Shown here: piece after piece, positions 37,930 through 51,330 of the stretch
Layout of the letters: the number at the start of each line of letters is the position of its first letter
How positions within the stretch are numbered: the first letter of the stretch is position 1
NCBI GenBank assembly: GCA_951406725.2
Contig: OX597827.1
Coordinates: forward strand, 57,784,001-57,848,000
Reading direction: 5' to 3'
Length of the DNA: 64,000 nt
Source of the DNA: Octopus vulgaris
Lineage: Eukaryota
Notes under the pieces: generated by a model
The model's input: the letters and a program-made list of their open reading frames with translations, nothing else
Database searches by the model: none
What the model was told of the DNA's origin: nothing
Made by a program: the position numbers and the translations under genes

Positions 37930-39183
37930 TATGGATTTGTCCCTAACTCCAGCTGCAGTGATCAGCTTGTCGAGTTCCTTGAGGACATTACTCAGATCAC
38001 TGACAGTGGCTCATGGGTGGATGTTGTCTACCTTGACTTTGCTAAGGCTTTCAACTCTGTGCCACACAAAAGGCTTATGGTGAAACTCTCTGCAATGGGT
38101 GTGAGGGATGACCTTTTTAACTGGTTGAAGTCCTTCATTCTCAACCGAAAGGAGGTAGTCACAGTTCTAGGACAGCATTCTACACCATATGAGATGTCAT
38201 CGGGTGTACCACAGGGATCTGTCCTTGGTCCCCTCTTGTTTGTGGCATACATTAATGATATAGATGCAAATTTAAAGAATGCCACAGTATTAAAATATGC
38301 AGACGACATCAAGCTGTACCTTGAAATCAAGAGGACAGATCCTGTTGTCTACAGCTCTTTCCTGCAATCAGACCTGGACACAATGCAGCAATGGATCACA
38401 GACTGGCAACTGAAACTGGCTGTGGACAAGTGTACCACCATGCATTTTGGGAGAAAAAACCCTGCGTCCACATACTCCCTCCACAACACTGATATCAAGA
38501 AATCCTCTTGCGAGCGTGACCTAGGCATCACTGTCAGCAGTGATTTGCGTTGGACAAAGCATATCTCTAAAATTGTCAAGAAGGCCGAGGGTGTCTTGGC
38601 ATCACTCAGCAAGACTTTTGTTAGCCGCTCTCCAGCCATCTATTTAAAACTGTATACAGCTATGGTACGACCACACTTGGAATTCGCATCATCAGTTTGG
38701 AACCCCTATCTTGCTCAGAACATTGACCTCCTGGAATCTGTTCAGAGACGTGCAACCAAACGCATACCCTCCATCAGACACCTACCATATTCTGAGCGCC
38801 TTGTTTCCCTGGGCATGGATTCACTGAAGCTCCGGCGTCTGGCGACGGACTTGGTAAACGCCCACAAAGTTGTCAACCACCTCACCAATAACAACACTGA
38901 TCACCTTTTTGATCTCCATGTGTCTAACACACGTGGACATGCCTACAAAGTCAGAAAACAACACAGCTCCCATGACTTTCGGAAACATTACTTCACACTC
39001 AGAGTTGCTGAAGCGTGGAATAAACTGCCTGCGTCAGTTGTTGACTGCCATGACACTGCATCCTTTAAGGCCCTCATGCTTTCCGAAATCCGTCGAAACT
39101 ACACCTGATTATATATACACTTTCGATGAGTTGTAGTGCACCTGAGCACTGTACACAATGTTTATTATTATTATTATTATTAT
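37930..39183 (+). mobile_element. 5'-truncated CR1-clade LINE: reverse transcriptase C-terminal ORF (stop at 39108), short 3' UTR, (TTA)n tail
   Basis: [60 protein letters not shown]...WNKLP. About 390 codons without a stop. Confidence 0.95.
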
Positions 39184-39267
39184 ACATACATAGAAATATT
39201 AAAATTTCTAAGTCTCTCTAAAGGAAACTACGGCAGCGGTACTGGAAATTAACGGCTATCGCCAAGC

Positions 39268-39492
39268 TAATATGGCAGTCCATAAATGTAAGACTAAAGT
39301 TGCCGTTGATTAGCTCCAAGAGGCCATCGTCTCTAGCTAGCTATATGACACACGAACCTGTGTCCATTATAACCTTCGAACAGGAGGCAAATACCCTGGT
39401 AAAGGGAAAATACCCTGAAACTTGTCTGCAGATGCCTGACCAGCAAGGGGAAGCGGCTGACCTCCCCTATTCGAAGGTTATATGGACACAGG
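39268..39492. mobile_element. PLE pLTR fold-back with decayed hammerhead (39396-39426)
   Basis: Arms 39357-39387 and 39461-39492, with CTGGTAA-AGGG-AAAATA-CCCT-GAAA-CTTG-TC between them. Confidence 0.55.
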
Positions 39493-40132
39493 CGATGTTG
39501 ATCGCCATTTCCAAAACTTTTTTCTTTTCTCAAACCTTCAAGACTTCTCCTATCGTTTTAAAGTGCGTAGTGCGAAAAACATAGACCAAAATCAGTACTG
39601 AGTGAGGGCGGGGGTTTGAAAAGGTTCATAAATTTTCGATTTTTTCCCCTTTTTTTTTATAGCAAAGACCATTGCTTTTAAGTGCATAGTGCAAAATAAA
39701 ATTGGACAAAACCAGTCAGAAAGTCGGGAAGGTGGATTTATAAATTTTCAAAAATGTTTTTCATAAAAAATTTTCCCCCCGGAAAATCCTCATCAAAACG
39801 TAGGAAATCCGATTTATGTGGGTATGCTATTCCAAAAGTTTCCCAAAGCATTCTATTGGGAAAATTACCCGGCAACGACAATATACTCAGCTAGAGGAGC
39901 TCAAGTCAAAAGAGTTACGAAATTATAAGATGTGATAGGAGGTGGGAGTCACATAATCTCACATTGCGTTTGATATCCTTGGGCGGTATAACAGTAGTCC
40001 GATGACTGGAGCCAGCAAAGGGATTAATTATTGTATCCGTGTCCTAACGCTGTTATGAAACAGAATTGTAAACCTTTCAACACTTCCACACACTGTGATA
40101 ACTCGGATTAACTATTCTGATCTCGCTAAACG

Positions 40133-40538
40133 TATCTCTTTATTGCCCACAAGGGGCTAAACATAGAGGGGAAAAAATAAGGACAGACAAAAGGATTAAG
40201 TCGATTGTATTAAATAACTGGTAATTAATTTATCGAGCCCGAAAGGATGAAAGGCAAAGTCGACCTTGGCAGAATTTGAACTCAGAACGTAACGGCAAAC
40301 GAAATACCTATTTCTTTACTACCCACAAGGGGCTAAACACAGAGAGGACAAACAAGAATAGACAAACGGATTAAGTCGATTATGTCGACCCCAGTGCGTA
40401 ACTGGTACTTATTTAATCGACCCCGAAAGGATGAAAAGCAAAGTCGACCTCGGCGGAATTTGAACTCAGAACGCAGCGGCAGACGAAATACGGCTACGCA
40501 TTTCGCCCGGCGTGCTAACGTTTCTGCCAGCTCACCGC
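40133..40538 (-). mobile_element. SINE family C dimer
   Basis: Two units joined at GAAATACCTATTTCTTTAC (~40301-40320). Confidence 0.85.
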
Positions 40539-41208
40539 TCTGTGTAGTTTCTGTTTTGTTCAAGTAAAATACAAACACATGCACGTGCGCGCACATACAC
40601 ACACACACACAAACACACGCACGCACGCACGCACACACACACATGCATGCACACACACAAACTCACACACACCACCGTTAAAGTTGGTTAAGAAAGCCAG
40701 TTGGAAATAAGGAAGTTAGAACTTTTATACTTTTACCCATTTCAATATTTCGGGTTAAAGCACCTTTATCAAGAGGAGAAAGAAGGATAGCGACGAGCTG
40801 GTTTCATGTTCACATATGTCTTCACTGCAAACCAAATAAACAACCATTTAACAAAAGAAATGGCTTTCAATAGCATTTATCCCCTTTAAGAAAAATTTGA
40901 AAAATATCTTTAACAAGTTGCTATTCAACAGTGAATTCTTTAAACTAAGAAACATTCTTGTTTGGCAGCCAGGGAAGGATCGTAAAACTTCTTTTGCTTT
41001 GACAATATTGTATTCACTTGTTGACGATTATCATTGCTTATCATTGCTATAACACCAGCAAAAATAACAGTAAACATTCTGATTCAATTATTCCTTTCCC
41101 TTATGATAAACAGGCTGTTCATTTACTTCTCTGTATCACTGTCTTTCTGCATTCTCTCATCACCATCTGTCTCCACATCTATTTCTCTTATACTATATAT
41201 ATATGTAT

Positions 41209-41251
<43 letters not shown>

Positions 41252-41256
<5 letters not shown>

Positions 41257-41447
41257 CGGAGATGTACTTGCATAGCAAGTGATTTGATCTGAGATCGTGT
41301 GCTGGAACGAAAACAATTGCAGCGTGGAAGGTGTTTGTAAGCCATTTAAGAAACACACAAAAGCCGTTCGATTCACTTCAACATTTAAGTTTAATTTGTC
41401 AAAACATTTTCGTCGCTTTAAGACCGCGACCTGTTCACTGACAAAAA
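41252..41447 (-). mobile_element. PLE pLTR-like element in (TA)n with G3-C8 hammerhead variant (41395-41445)
   Basis: Minus strand TTTGTCA-GTGAACA-G-GTCGC-GGTCTTAAA-GCGAC-GAAA-ATGT-TT-TGACAAA, with (TA)n on both sides. Confidence 0.65.
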
Positions 41448-41492
41448 TATATATATATATATATATGTTTATATATATATACACACACACAC

Positions 41493-41542
<50 letters not shown>

Positions 41543-42157
41543 CATATGTATATACACACACATATATACATACTCACGCATGCACATATGTATATACGCA
41601 TGTATGAATGTAAGTATGTAAGTATGTATGTATGTATGTATGGATGGATGGATGGATGGATGGATGGATGGATGGATGGATGGATGGATGGATGGATATG
41701 CATCCCTCGAGGATAGCGTTATTTTTTTTACAGTTATGCTTTAACCCATAAATACTCATTCTGCAAAAACAAAACCAAAAGCGATAAAAACTGGATTCGC
41801 AACCAAGGATCGAAACCTCGATCTTCATGTTAGCTTCTATTGTTCTTGTAATTAGAATATGTTAGTTCATCCTGTCAAATTTGCCAATCTAGAAGGCACA
41901 TACTATTGTACTGTCAATGACCTAGATCGAATTTAACACAGCTTTATATCGAGATACCTATAGTAAAGCTATCTCTTTCGGCCACTAACGGCCTGTTTAC
42001 TCCTATCATCATGGAAGTCAGAGAAATAGCTTACACACACACACTCATACAGACATGTACGCACGCACACACGCACACATATACGCCCCACCATACAGAC
42101 ATGCAATACATTTTGCACGAGTTTTACATCAACTTAGAGACAGCTTACTGCGAGATA

Positions 42158-42657
42158 CCGTAAATCCTCGAGTATAGTCCGCCCTTGAGCAGGGGATTTT
42201 TTCTGAAAAACCTAAACCTTGTGTATAATACGCACCCCTTCTCTAACTTGAGTCGTTTGTAATTAAGCCAGCAGCACCTAGTCGAACAAACACTTCCGCG
42301 GATGCGTAATACAATAATGGTGATGTTCTTAACTGTTATATGGGAATGTAAATATGTTTGCAAATTGTTTTTCTTACATGTTATTCTGTGTTCTGAATAC
42401 TTTTATTTTAATAAATGTTGCTTACTGCAAGTTTTGGATGATTCTTTTATGACTTCATTGCTTTCAGGCTTAACTTAAGATATTTTCGCGCCCGACACCA
42501 CAAAATGCGTCTGAATAAACATTGCCGGACAGCAAATAGAGACTTGGACATTGCTTAGAAAATAATTTTCATTTTTAACCTCGTATATAGTACGCACTAG
42601 GGATTTTGACCTTTAAATTTTGGGAAAAAAGTGCGGATTATACTCGAGGATTTACGG
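42158..42657. mobile_element. MITE, copy 3
   Basis: Same TIRs, with TA on the left and CA on the right. Confidence 0.9.
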
Positions 42658-43483
42658 CACTCTTTCAAAACTAATTAACATTCATATTTACTTCCAGTTC
42701 GTAGCATTTGTGAAAAACTTCGTAACGGTTCAATAAAGTCAATAAAGTTTATAAATCATCTTGTGTCAATTTCTTTCAGTTCATCATAAAATGATTAACT
42801 ATTCAACGTGAAGCCTATCTCAACTTTTTATCAAGCATCCTACAGTTATACAGTTTACAAATGCTAACCTCAACATACTACACCTAACCGTTACAATTGG
42901 TAACCCCGAATGCCTAACTGTTATACGACCAACGTAAGCAGGCCTAATCGTCTGAAATATAATCAAGTTTCATTTCATTATTTTGTACTTTCAAAACAAA
43001 AGAGGACACAGAAAAAACTTTACAATTTCATATTGTGTTAAAGATAAAGACGGGGCAAAACCAACCCCCTATGGGAGAAGTTCAATATTTCTGTCAAAAA
43101 TGCACACATTTTAATGTAAATTGCTATGTGCATAGAGAATAGACATTCACATGTTTCTGTGTAGTATGATTAATTGGAAAAAAAATATCTTGCATAGATA
43201 TCTGCAAAAGAAATTTTTATCAGACATGGTCTGTTTTGACCCATAAGAATGTTTATTACATTTTTCCGTATTCATGTACATAGTTGTGTGTATTATACTG
43301 GAATACATCTTTTATTTATAAAACAACTGAAAATTATATAAATGAAAGTAAAGTATGGTCATGAGAAATACTGTTTCCTGCTTTCAGTTTGCAGACGCAT
43401 CCCACCACTGAAGGTTCATGTTTTGTTATTTTTCTAAAGAAACAGATATAGTGCTCAATGTGACTGGTCAGCAGGGTAGCTGA

Positions 43484-45110
43484 TTAGGGGACACAAGGTT
43501 CACAAATGAATGTAACGTCATCAATTTCAACCCCAGCACATTTTTCATGTGCCCATTCCCTGCACAGCTGGCATTCAATCCGATTTTTTGTCGGGAGTTC
43601 TTCACAGAAAATGCAATGGAAGTCCTTATCGTTTTTGATGTGAAGGCTGGTGTCTTCAGCAAACTTTCAGGGGTCTTGGATTTGTGACCTTTTCTCCTTG
43701 CTGTTGGTTTGTTGATTTTTCATGGCTTTAGCTGAGAGAGAGTCTTTAAAGAGTAAACTGGTGAGGCACTCTGAAGTCTGAGCTCTTCTTTATCTTGTAG
43801 CCTGAGTTCGTGGAACAGGCGACAAGAAAACAAAAGAGATTCTTTATTGGGATGAATTGTGTAGGCCTACCTCTATGTCTTCTTGACTTTTGCATCCATC
43901 TGCACCTTTGACAGATATCTCATAAGACTGGGGGTGGGGTGCAGGATCTACTTATGGCTGTTTCTGTGATGGTGCTGGACTTTCCTTAAGATCAGCAATT
44001 TCAGTGACTTCTACCGAAATGAAATCGACATCACCAAACATCCGGATTGTATGGCCAGATTCCAGTGCAACGAAATCCACTGCAGGCATTCCGAACTGTT
44101 GCAACTCGTATGAAGACAGAAACTTTGAAGTCATCTACCCGTTGACTTGGGTAATTGATGATCCACTTGTCAAGTTCCTGGTGATAAAAGTTTTTGAGGG
44201 GCGCAAAAAAGGTCCTGCCTAAAGGTTGAAGCTTTTGGCTGATATGAGGTGGAATTGATACCGTGACTACGCCATGTTTGCGATTACTACTCACACACAC
44301 ACACCATCTCTTGCTTCCTCTGTCCTCTTTCATGATATATGTTTATAGGGAAAGAACATTCCGAACTGTTGCAGCTCGTATGAAGACAGAAACTTTGAAG
44401 TCATCTACCCGTTGACTTGGGTAATTGATGATCCACTTGTCAAGTTCCTGGTGATAAAAGTTTTTGAGGGGCGCAAAAAAGGTCCTGCCTGAAGGTTGAA
44501 ACTTTTGGCTGATATGAGGTGGAATTGATACCATGACTACGCCATGTTTGCGATTACTACTCACACACACACACCATCTCTTGCTTCCTCTGTCCTCTTT
44601 CATGACATATGTTTTTGGGGAAAGAACATTCCGAACTGTTGCAGCTCGTATGAAGACAGAAACTTTGAAGTGATCTACCCGCTGACCTGGGTAATTGATG
44701 ATCCACTTGTCAAGTTCCTGGTGATAAAAGTTTTTGAGGGGCGCAAAAAAGGTCCTGCCTAAAGGTTGAAGCTTTTGGCTGATATGAGGCGGAATTGATA
44801 CCATGACTACGCCATGTTTGCGAGCAAGCTCAATTGAATCCACGTTAATGTGGCTGATATGATTGTCCAAAAAGGAAGAGAACTTTTCTCTCAACAGATG
44901 GATTTGTATGTTGAATGAAATGGCGTGGCCACTTAGAAAATGTTCTCCCATCAGTCCATCCATTTTCGCTTCCATGAGCAACTGAACCTTCTGGCGCTCG
45001 ATGAAGCAGTGGGTTGGCTACGTGCTTCCTCTTGAAGATAAATGCAGGCGGTATGAAATGCCCGGTGACGCTCATTGCATACACAGCTGTCGCAGTTCGT
45101 CCTGTGTTGA
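43484..45110 (-). pseudogene. pogo/Tigger-like DDE_1 transposase with C-terminal PHD-like finger (frameshifted)
   Basis: GHFIPPAFIFKRK, SENGWTD, LDNHISH, PPHISQKLQPL, SGFRCTGIWPYNP and terminal CIFCEE...IECQLCREWAHEKCAG...FICEPC*. Confidence 0.9.
44087..44822. repeat. 270-bp tandem repeat (2.7 units) inside the transposase
   Basis: CATTCCGAACTGTTGC starts at 44087, 44357 and 44627. Confidence 0.95.
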
Positions 45111-45625
45111 TGTTGAAATTTCAATGACGGAACCTTGGATCTAGTTCAGAAACCGGTACTTTCTCTATTGGCAAGAAATCTTGAAATAAACTGAATAATG
45201 ACATACATACATATACACACAACGCATATATACATACATGCATACATACATACACAACACATACATACATGCGTTCACACATAACACATACATACATACA
45301 TACACACACAACACATACATACATGCATACACACACAACACATATATACATGCATACACACATATACATACATACAGACAGACAGACACAACGCATACAT
45401 ACATGCATACATTCATATACACACACACAAACATACATACATACATACATACATATATGCATGCATGCATACGTACATACATACATATATGTGTGTGCGT
45501 ATACATAAACACACGCATACACATATAGGCGCACGCACGCACACAATTGTGCAATGCGTGGGCCTTTGTAGAATGCCTCAACCTCGAATGTCACCATATG
45601 GTCCAATCAATAACGTAGTACAAGA

Positions 45626-45687
<62 letters not shown>

Positions 45688-46067
45688 CACCACCACCACC
45701 ACCACCACCACCACCACCTCTACCACAGCGTTCGTTCGTAATACTACTTACGTTGAAGAACTCGGGTAGATTGGTCAAAATTTTTAGTCTTATCAACATC
45801 ATCATCCGATTGAATTTTCTTTCTTCCTTTATCTTATCACCAGAAGATTATTTCATCGATTTAACCGTGGTAACATCATCAGTTGGTATCTAATCAACCA
45901 TGCAAGAAGAAAAAAAAAGAAAAAGTTTTTTTATTTCTTTTATTAAATGATTTTCGTTTTCATTGAATTATTTCGCTAGGCGACTTAAAAATACTGCGTG
46001 TATGCGTGTGCGTATATATATATATGTATGTATGTATGTATGCATATATATCATGTATGTATCTATG

Positions 46068-46129
<62 letters not shown>

Positions 46130-46314
46130 TGTATGTATGTATGCATGTATGTATGTATGTATGTATATACTGCTCTACATCTTAGAGTGTGCTTCTTTCG
46201 AATATATGTTTTTTTCAGAAACGATATATATATATATATATATATATATAGTGTAATAAATAAAATATATATATATATATTATAATGTATGTACATACAC
46301 ACACATGTATATAC

Positions 46315-46371
<57 letters not shown>

Positions 46372-47123
46372 TGTCTGTCTGTCTGTCTGTGTGTGTGTGT
46401 ATGTATGTAAATATGTATATTGTAATGCGCAGATATAGAGTGCCCCCAAGCAAGCAGCCAGCCACCCACGTACCGTGAACACGCGCGCGCGTGCGCGCAA
46501 TGAAATAGTGAGATAATGGCCTTGAGAAAGAGCCGAATGTGTTAGCGACTTCTCGTAAAATATCGATCTCTATCTGCCCAATCACTGGAAATATTCTCCT
46601 GACAAACACACCAGATCGATATTTTCTGAACACTCTGTCTGTTCCAATACAAAGGGAATACTATAGCAGAATCTTTCACCGTTAGATTATTCCACATAAA
46701 TTATAAAGAAGCGAAGAATATCGTAATGGAGTGGTTGTTGCGACATTTGCTGAACATGCAAATGCTTTGTGAGAGGGGCATGAACGTCAGAAATCCTCAT
46801 GCTCTTGGGGGTAACCCACGTTCTATTAAGGCCCCCATCTGAAATTTAGGTTATTGCTGCAAGTTTTTGTCTTTAGTCTGTCTGTGTGTGTGTGTGTGTG
46901 TGTGTATTCGTGAGCGTTTGTGTGCTTGTGTGTGCGTGTGTATTCTTGCATGCATATGTGTATATATACAGGCAAGATTGCACACACACACACACACACA
47001 CATACACACACACACACGCGTATATACATATAGATTTATAGACAAATAGATGGATAAATAGACAGACAGACAGATAGATGGACAGACAGACAGACAGACA
47101 GACAGACAGTCAGACAGACAGAC

Positions 47124-47190
<67 letters not shown>

Positions 47191-47242
47191 CAGACATGCA
47201 CACTGACACACTCACATATCCATATACATAAGTATACATACA

Positions 47243-47279
<37 letters not shown>

Positions 47280-47555
47280 GCATACATACATACATACATA
47301 CATACATACATACATACATACATACATACATACATACATACATACATGCAGCATGCACGCACAGACACAGATGTCAGTGTGCATATGTGTTTGTGTTGTT
47401 TGTATCTGCATAGATATCCATATAGAAGCGCAAATACACTTACATACAATACGTGGATAAATACATACATATATGGGTGCATGCATATGTATTCATATAT
47501 ATATATATATATATATTATATACACATACATACACATATATATATGTGCGTTCAT

Positions 47556-47645
<90 letters not shown>

Positions 47646-48630
47646 TTATACATATCCTTCTAGTTTTAAGTTGTTATCAATGAAAATTGATAAAAGAAAA
47701 TTTACAAAACTGAAACATAAACACTGATAATTAGATAACTTATAAACATTACTATCTTTTTATCTTACACCACACTCTATCTTCTGGTCTGCCTTTCTTT
47801 ATCCTGAGTCAGTTCATATGCACCCATTGCAGGCAGGAATTCTTGATATGTTTCCAAAAATGTTGCACCACACCCCCACCCACCCACACACACATGGGCA
47901 CGCGCATGTACATACATAGATAGAACAATGAAAAATATGGTTGCCGTTGTTGGATCTTTACTTTTTGGCTGCCGCTTTTCAGTTTCTTCAATGTTTGTTC
48001 CAGTTGATATCATATTTGGTGTTTTGGTGTAGTTCTGTATGGTAATCATTGATATGAAATTCATTTTCGCCATAAATCAATAAAGAGTTAGTAGCTTTTA
48101 AATGTCGCAAATTTTGGATAATTTTAGTCAATCGAAAGCCATAGACATAGAGGTGCCTGTTTCCATAATAACAAACCAAGCAGTTACCAAGCTGCTTATC
48201 CTCTGTTGTGGTCCTGTCAAGCCACATGGTCGTTTTAAACTGCTTAAATGCTTAAAACACGAGGTATGTGTTAGTCATGTGATGTGTTAAAAATAACAGC
48301 TAAATAGGCCTTAAATCATGCACCAAAAGAATTTAAATTTCGATGTTAGCATAATCGTATAAATTCCCGTGTGTAGAACACAATTTCGCAAAAGAATTTG
48401 TAGAATGCAAATTCCAAAAAGTAAAAGTTATCAGGGGTTATATGGTATGCACAAATCAGAATTCCGCTAGTATTTCATTTGTTAAGAGTTCCCAATCTTG
48501 TTTTCTGACTGGGTAAAGATGATGTAACTCTTACTTTCAAAATTCTGGAAAAAGTGAAATTACCCCTGAAATAGCCCCTGGAAAATTACATCGATGCATC
48601 AAATTTTAAAATTTTCTTTATTCCACAGGT

Positions 48631-49001
48631 AGGCGTAGGAGTGGCTGTGTGGTAAGTAGCTTGTTTACCAACCACATGGTTCCGGGTTCGTCCCACTGCG
48701 TGGCACCTTGGGCAAGTGTCTTCTACTATGGCCTCGAGCCGACCAAAGCCTTGTGAGTGGATTTGGTAGACGGAAACTGAAAGAAGCCTGTCGTATATAT
48801 GTATATGTGTGTGTGTGTGTGTATGTTTGTGTGTCTGTGTTTGTCCCCCCAACATCGCTTGACAACCGATGCTGGTGTGTTTACGTCCCTGTAACTTAGC
48901 GGTTCGGCAAAAGAGACCGATAGAATAAGTACTAGGCTTACAAAGAATAAGTCCCGGTGCTCTAGCATGGCCTCAGTCGAATGACTGAAACAAGTAAAAG
49001 A
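48631..49001 (+). mobile_element. SINE family A
   Basis: Family head, body and tail. Confidence 0.9.
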
Positions 49002-49727
49002 GGTGCAGGCAAACAGAACAGATCCCTGTTGTTTAGTCCCCAGATCAGCTTTAATCGAGCATATCTATGATACTATGCGTTCCAGTCGTGACCACCCCGT
49101 ATTTTTTCTATATACAGGGAAGCCAACATCACGTTATCCAAAGTGTACTTTTCTAAGACGGAAGAGTGAGATTTGAAAGAGATTTGGTTATTAATTCTAG
49201 CGGGCCCAGCAACTTAATAAATGCTCTTTTGTTGTTCTGACGGATCAACTGAGGACTTGCTCACCAGTTGATCGGTTGCTGATATTCACTACCAAGCACA
49301 ATTACGACCTAGATTGAAGTTCATATATTTGGGGTGATGCTGCTATCGTATACGCAAACATATTACACAACATCCACAAGAGGACTTGTCGACTTATTGG
49401 TAAGGATTCATTCAACAGTAAGCCACAACTACTTGCTCGCTACTCAATTTTCTCTGCCTCATTTATTTTTGCGAAAACTGGTTCTGTCCCTCTGAATCGT
49501 CTACCGACAAATTCCTTCTGAAACCACGCAACACGAGTCTTTCTGCGTTTCACACCCTCCAGATCCAGTATTAAATACAGTGGCGCGCAGAGGTTTGGTG
49601 ATACCCAGGGTTAGCTCCTAGACTGTATGCCCCCAAGACTCATGTATAGCGCCAACTACTGAGAAATATAACAAAGGAAGATATCTTAAATGCATAAAAA
49701 CAAATTAAATAAACTTTTATTTAAATT

Positions 49728-50117
49728 TCTCTATATATAAAGCTGAAGTTGTCTGTGTATGGCAGGTTTGGTAGCCTTCAACTAACACAATCTCCTCCAA
49801 GACCCTGCGGCGTAAGTTGACCAAAATTGAGAGTATGATAGAAGAAGGCTTGCTGCTTCTTCCGTAGAAGAAAAAATTAAAATCGTACCATGTTAACACC
49901 AAAAATTATTTACATCAAAAAGGTGCTTTTTTTCTATGAAAATCCCTATTTTTTACGATTTTTTGACTGCTGTGTCACCATTTATCGGTGTATTTCAACC
50001 AGAAAAATGTTCACTTAAAGAGAGTAACAAGCTACATAAGACAACATTTTTACTTTTCAAAAATTCCAATTCTAAAAGGTCGAAACAAACCCGAGCAACG
50101 CCGGGCGATACGGCTAG
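49728..50117 (+). mobile_element. Non-autonomous Helitron-like element, copy 2
   Basis: Matches 838-1198 and ends CCCGAGCAACGCCGGG...CTAG|T. Confidence 0.7.
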
Positions 50118-50139
50118 TTAAATATAAATTAGCTACATT

Positions 50140-51299
50140 AAGTAAGTTCGATACTAAATGAGATCAGTTAGAAAACACTCATCCTACTTAATTTAAATTT
50201 TTTTTTTTGTGGTGACATTGAAAACTTCAGATATGTTTTTATTAATTTCGGCTTTGAAAATGCAACAGTAAGTAGTAACCTGTATGCGCTACATACCATG
50301 AGGAAGATCTCCCTTCTCAACTGCTGAAAAACTACCAGATCATTTTGCGGATCAGAGAAAACTGCATTCAGTCAATAATTTCATCACATAGCTCAATGAC
50401 TGTCCCATCATTACCAGAATGATCTGCAAAATCTGAAAATAGCATTTTTAAAAATCTTTCTCTTGCTTTATAACTGAATTCAAATTCTGAAGAAAGGAAA
50501 ATCGATGTCTGAAGTCTCGATGGCGAACACTGCGGTCTTCCATTTCGATTTTAATCGGTTCACAGCCTCTACTGTTACTCTACTCATATTCATTTCTTGT
50601 TGTTGTGCCGTCAGTCCAATGACTCCTGTCGATTCTCCGGGCATTACGCTCCTTGTTTTACAGTTGGTGTCCCCCATTTTTCAAATATTCATTAGCTGAA
50701 TGCATTGCTATGTAGATAATTTCTTCATTTTTCAAATCCAAGATTTGGATAAGTTCTTTCAGGCACAAGGAACTTCCAGGAACCCCATTTTCGAATCCTT
50801 CAAGCATTTTGAAACTCTCCATTAATGATAAAATTGGGTAGCAAAAACTTAATTTAATAAAAAATTTAATAGGAATCGTTGAAAAGACTTCAGAAGTAAT
50901 CCTTCATGAGAATGGGTATCCCTAAAAAATTCTTTTTCCTACAAGTCTGAAATAACATTGTTGCATTCTTCGTAGATTGCTTTCACATCATCATCGTTGG
51001 AACTGTCACTTTTATCACACTGTCTTTTTACAGTCCGAGAGATAAGTGATTTTAACATTTCTTAAAGAGGAGTAGATGAAGAAAAAAGGCAAACAGTTTT
51101 CCCAAAACTTAGAAGAATTTAATAAACAGGCGCAGGAGTGGCTGTGTGGTAAGTAGCTTGTTTACCAACCACATGATTCCGGGTTCAGTCCCACTGCTTG
51201 GCATCTTGGGCAAGTGTCTTCTGCTATAGCCCCGGGCCGACAAATGCCTTGTGAGTGGATTTGGTAGACGGAAACTGAAAGAAGCCTGTCGTATATATG

Positions 51300-51330
<31 letters not shown>

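Noticed and set aside
45465-45893. Poly-Leu/Pro and poly-Gly/Ser ORFs
   Set aside because: (CTA)n(CCA)n microsatellite with no splice or domain evidence.
47777-48290. Short non-repetitive ORFs
   Set aside because: No recognisable motif or splice structure. Possibly a decayed transposon, but it cannot be assigned.
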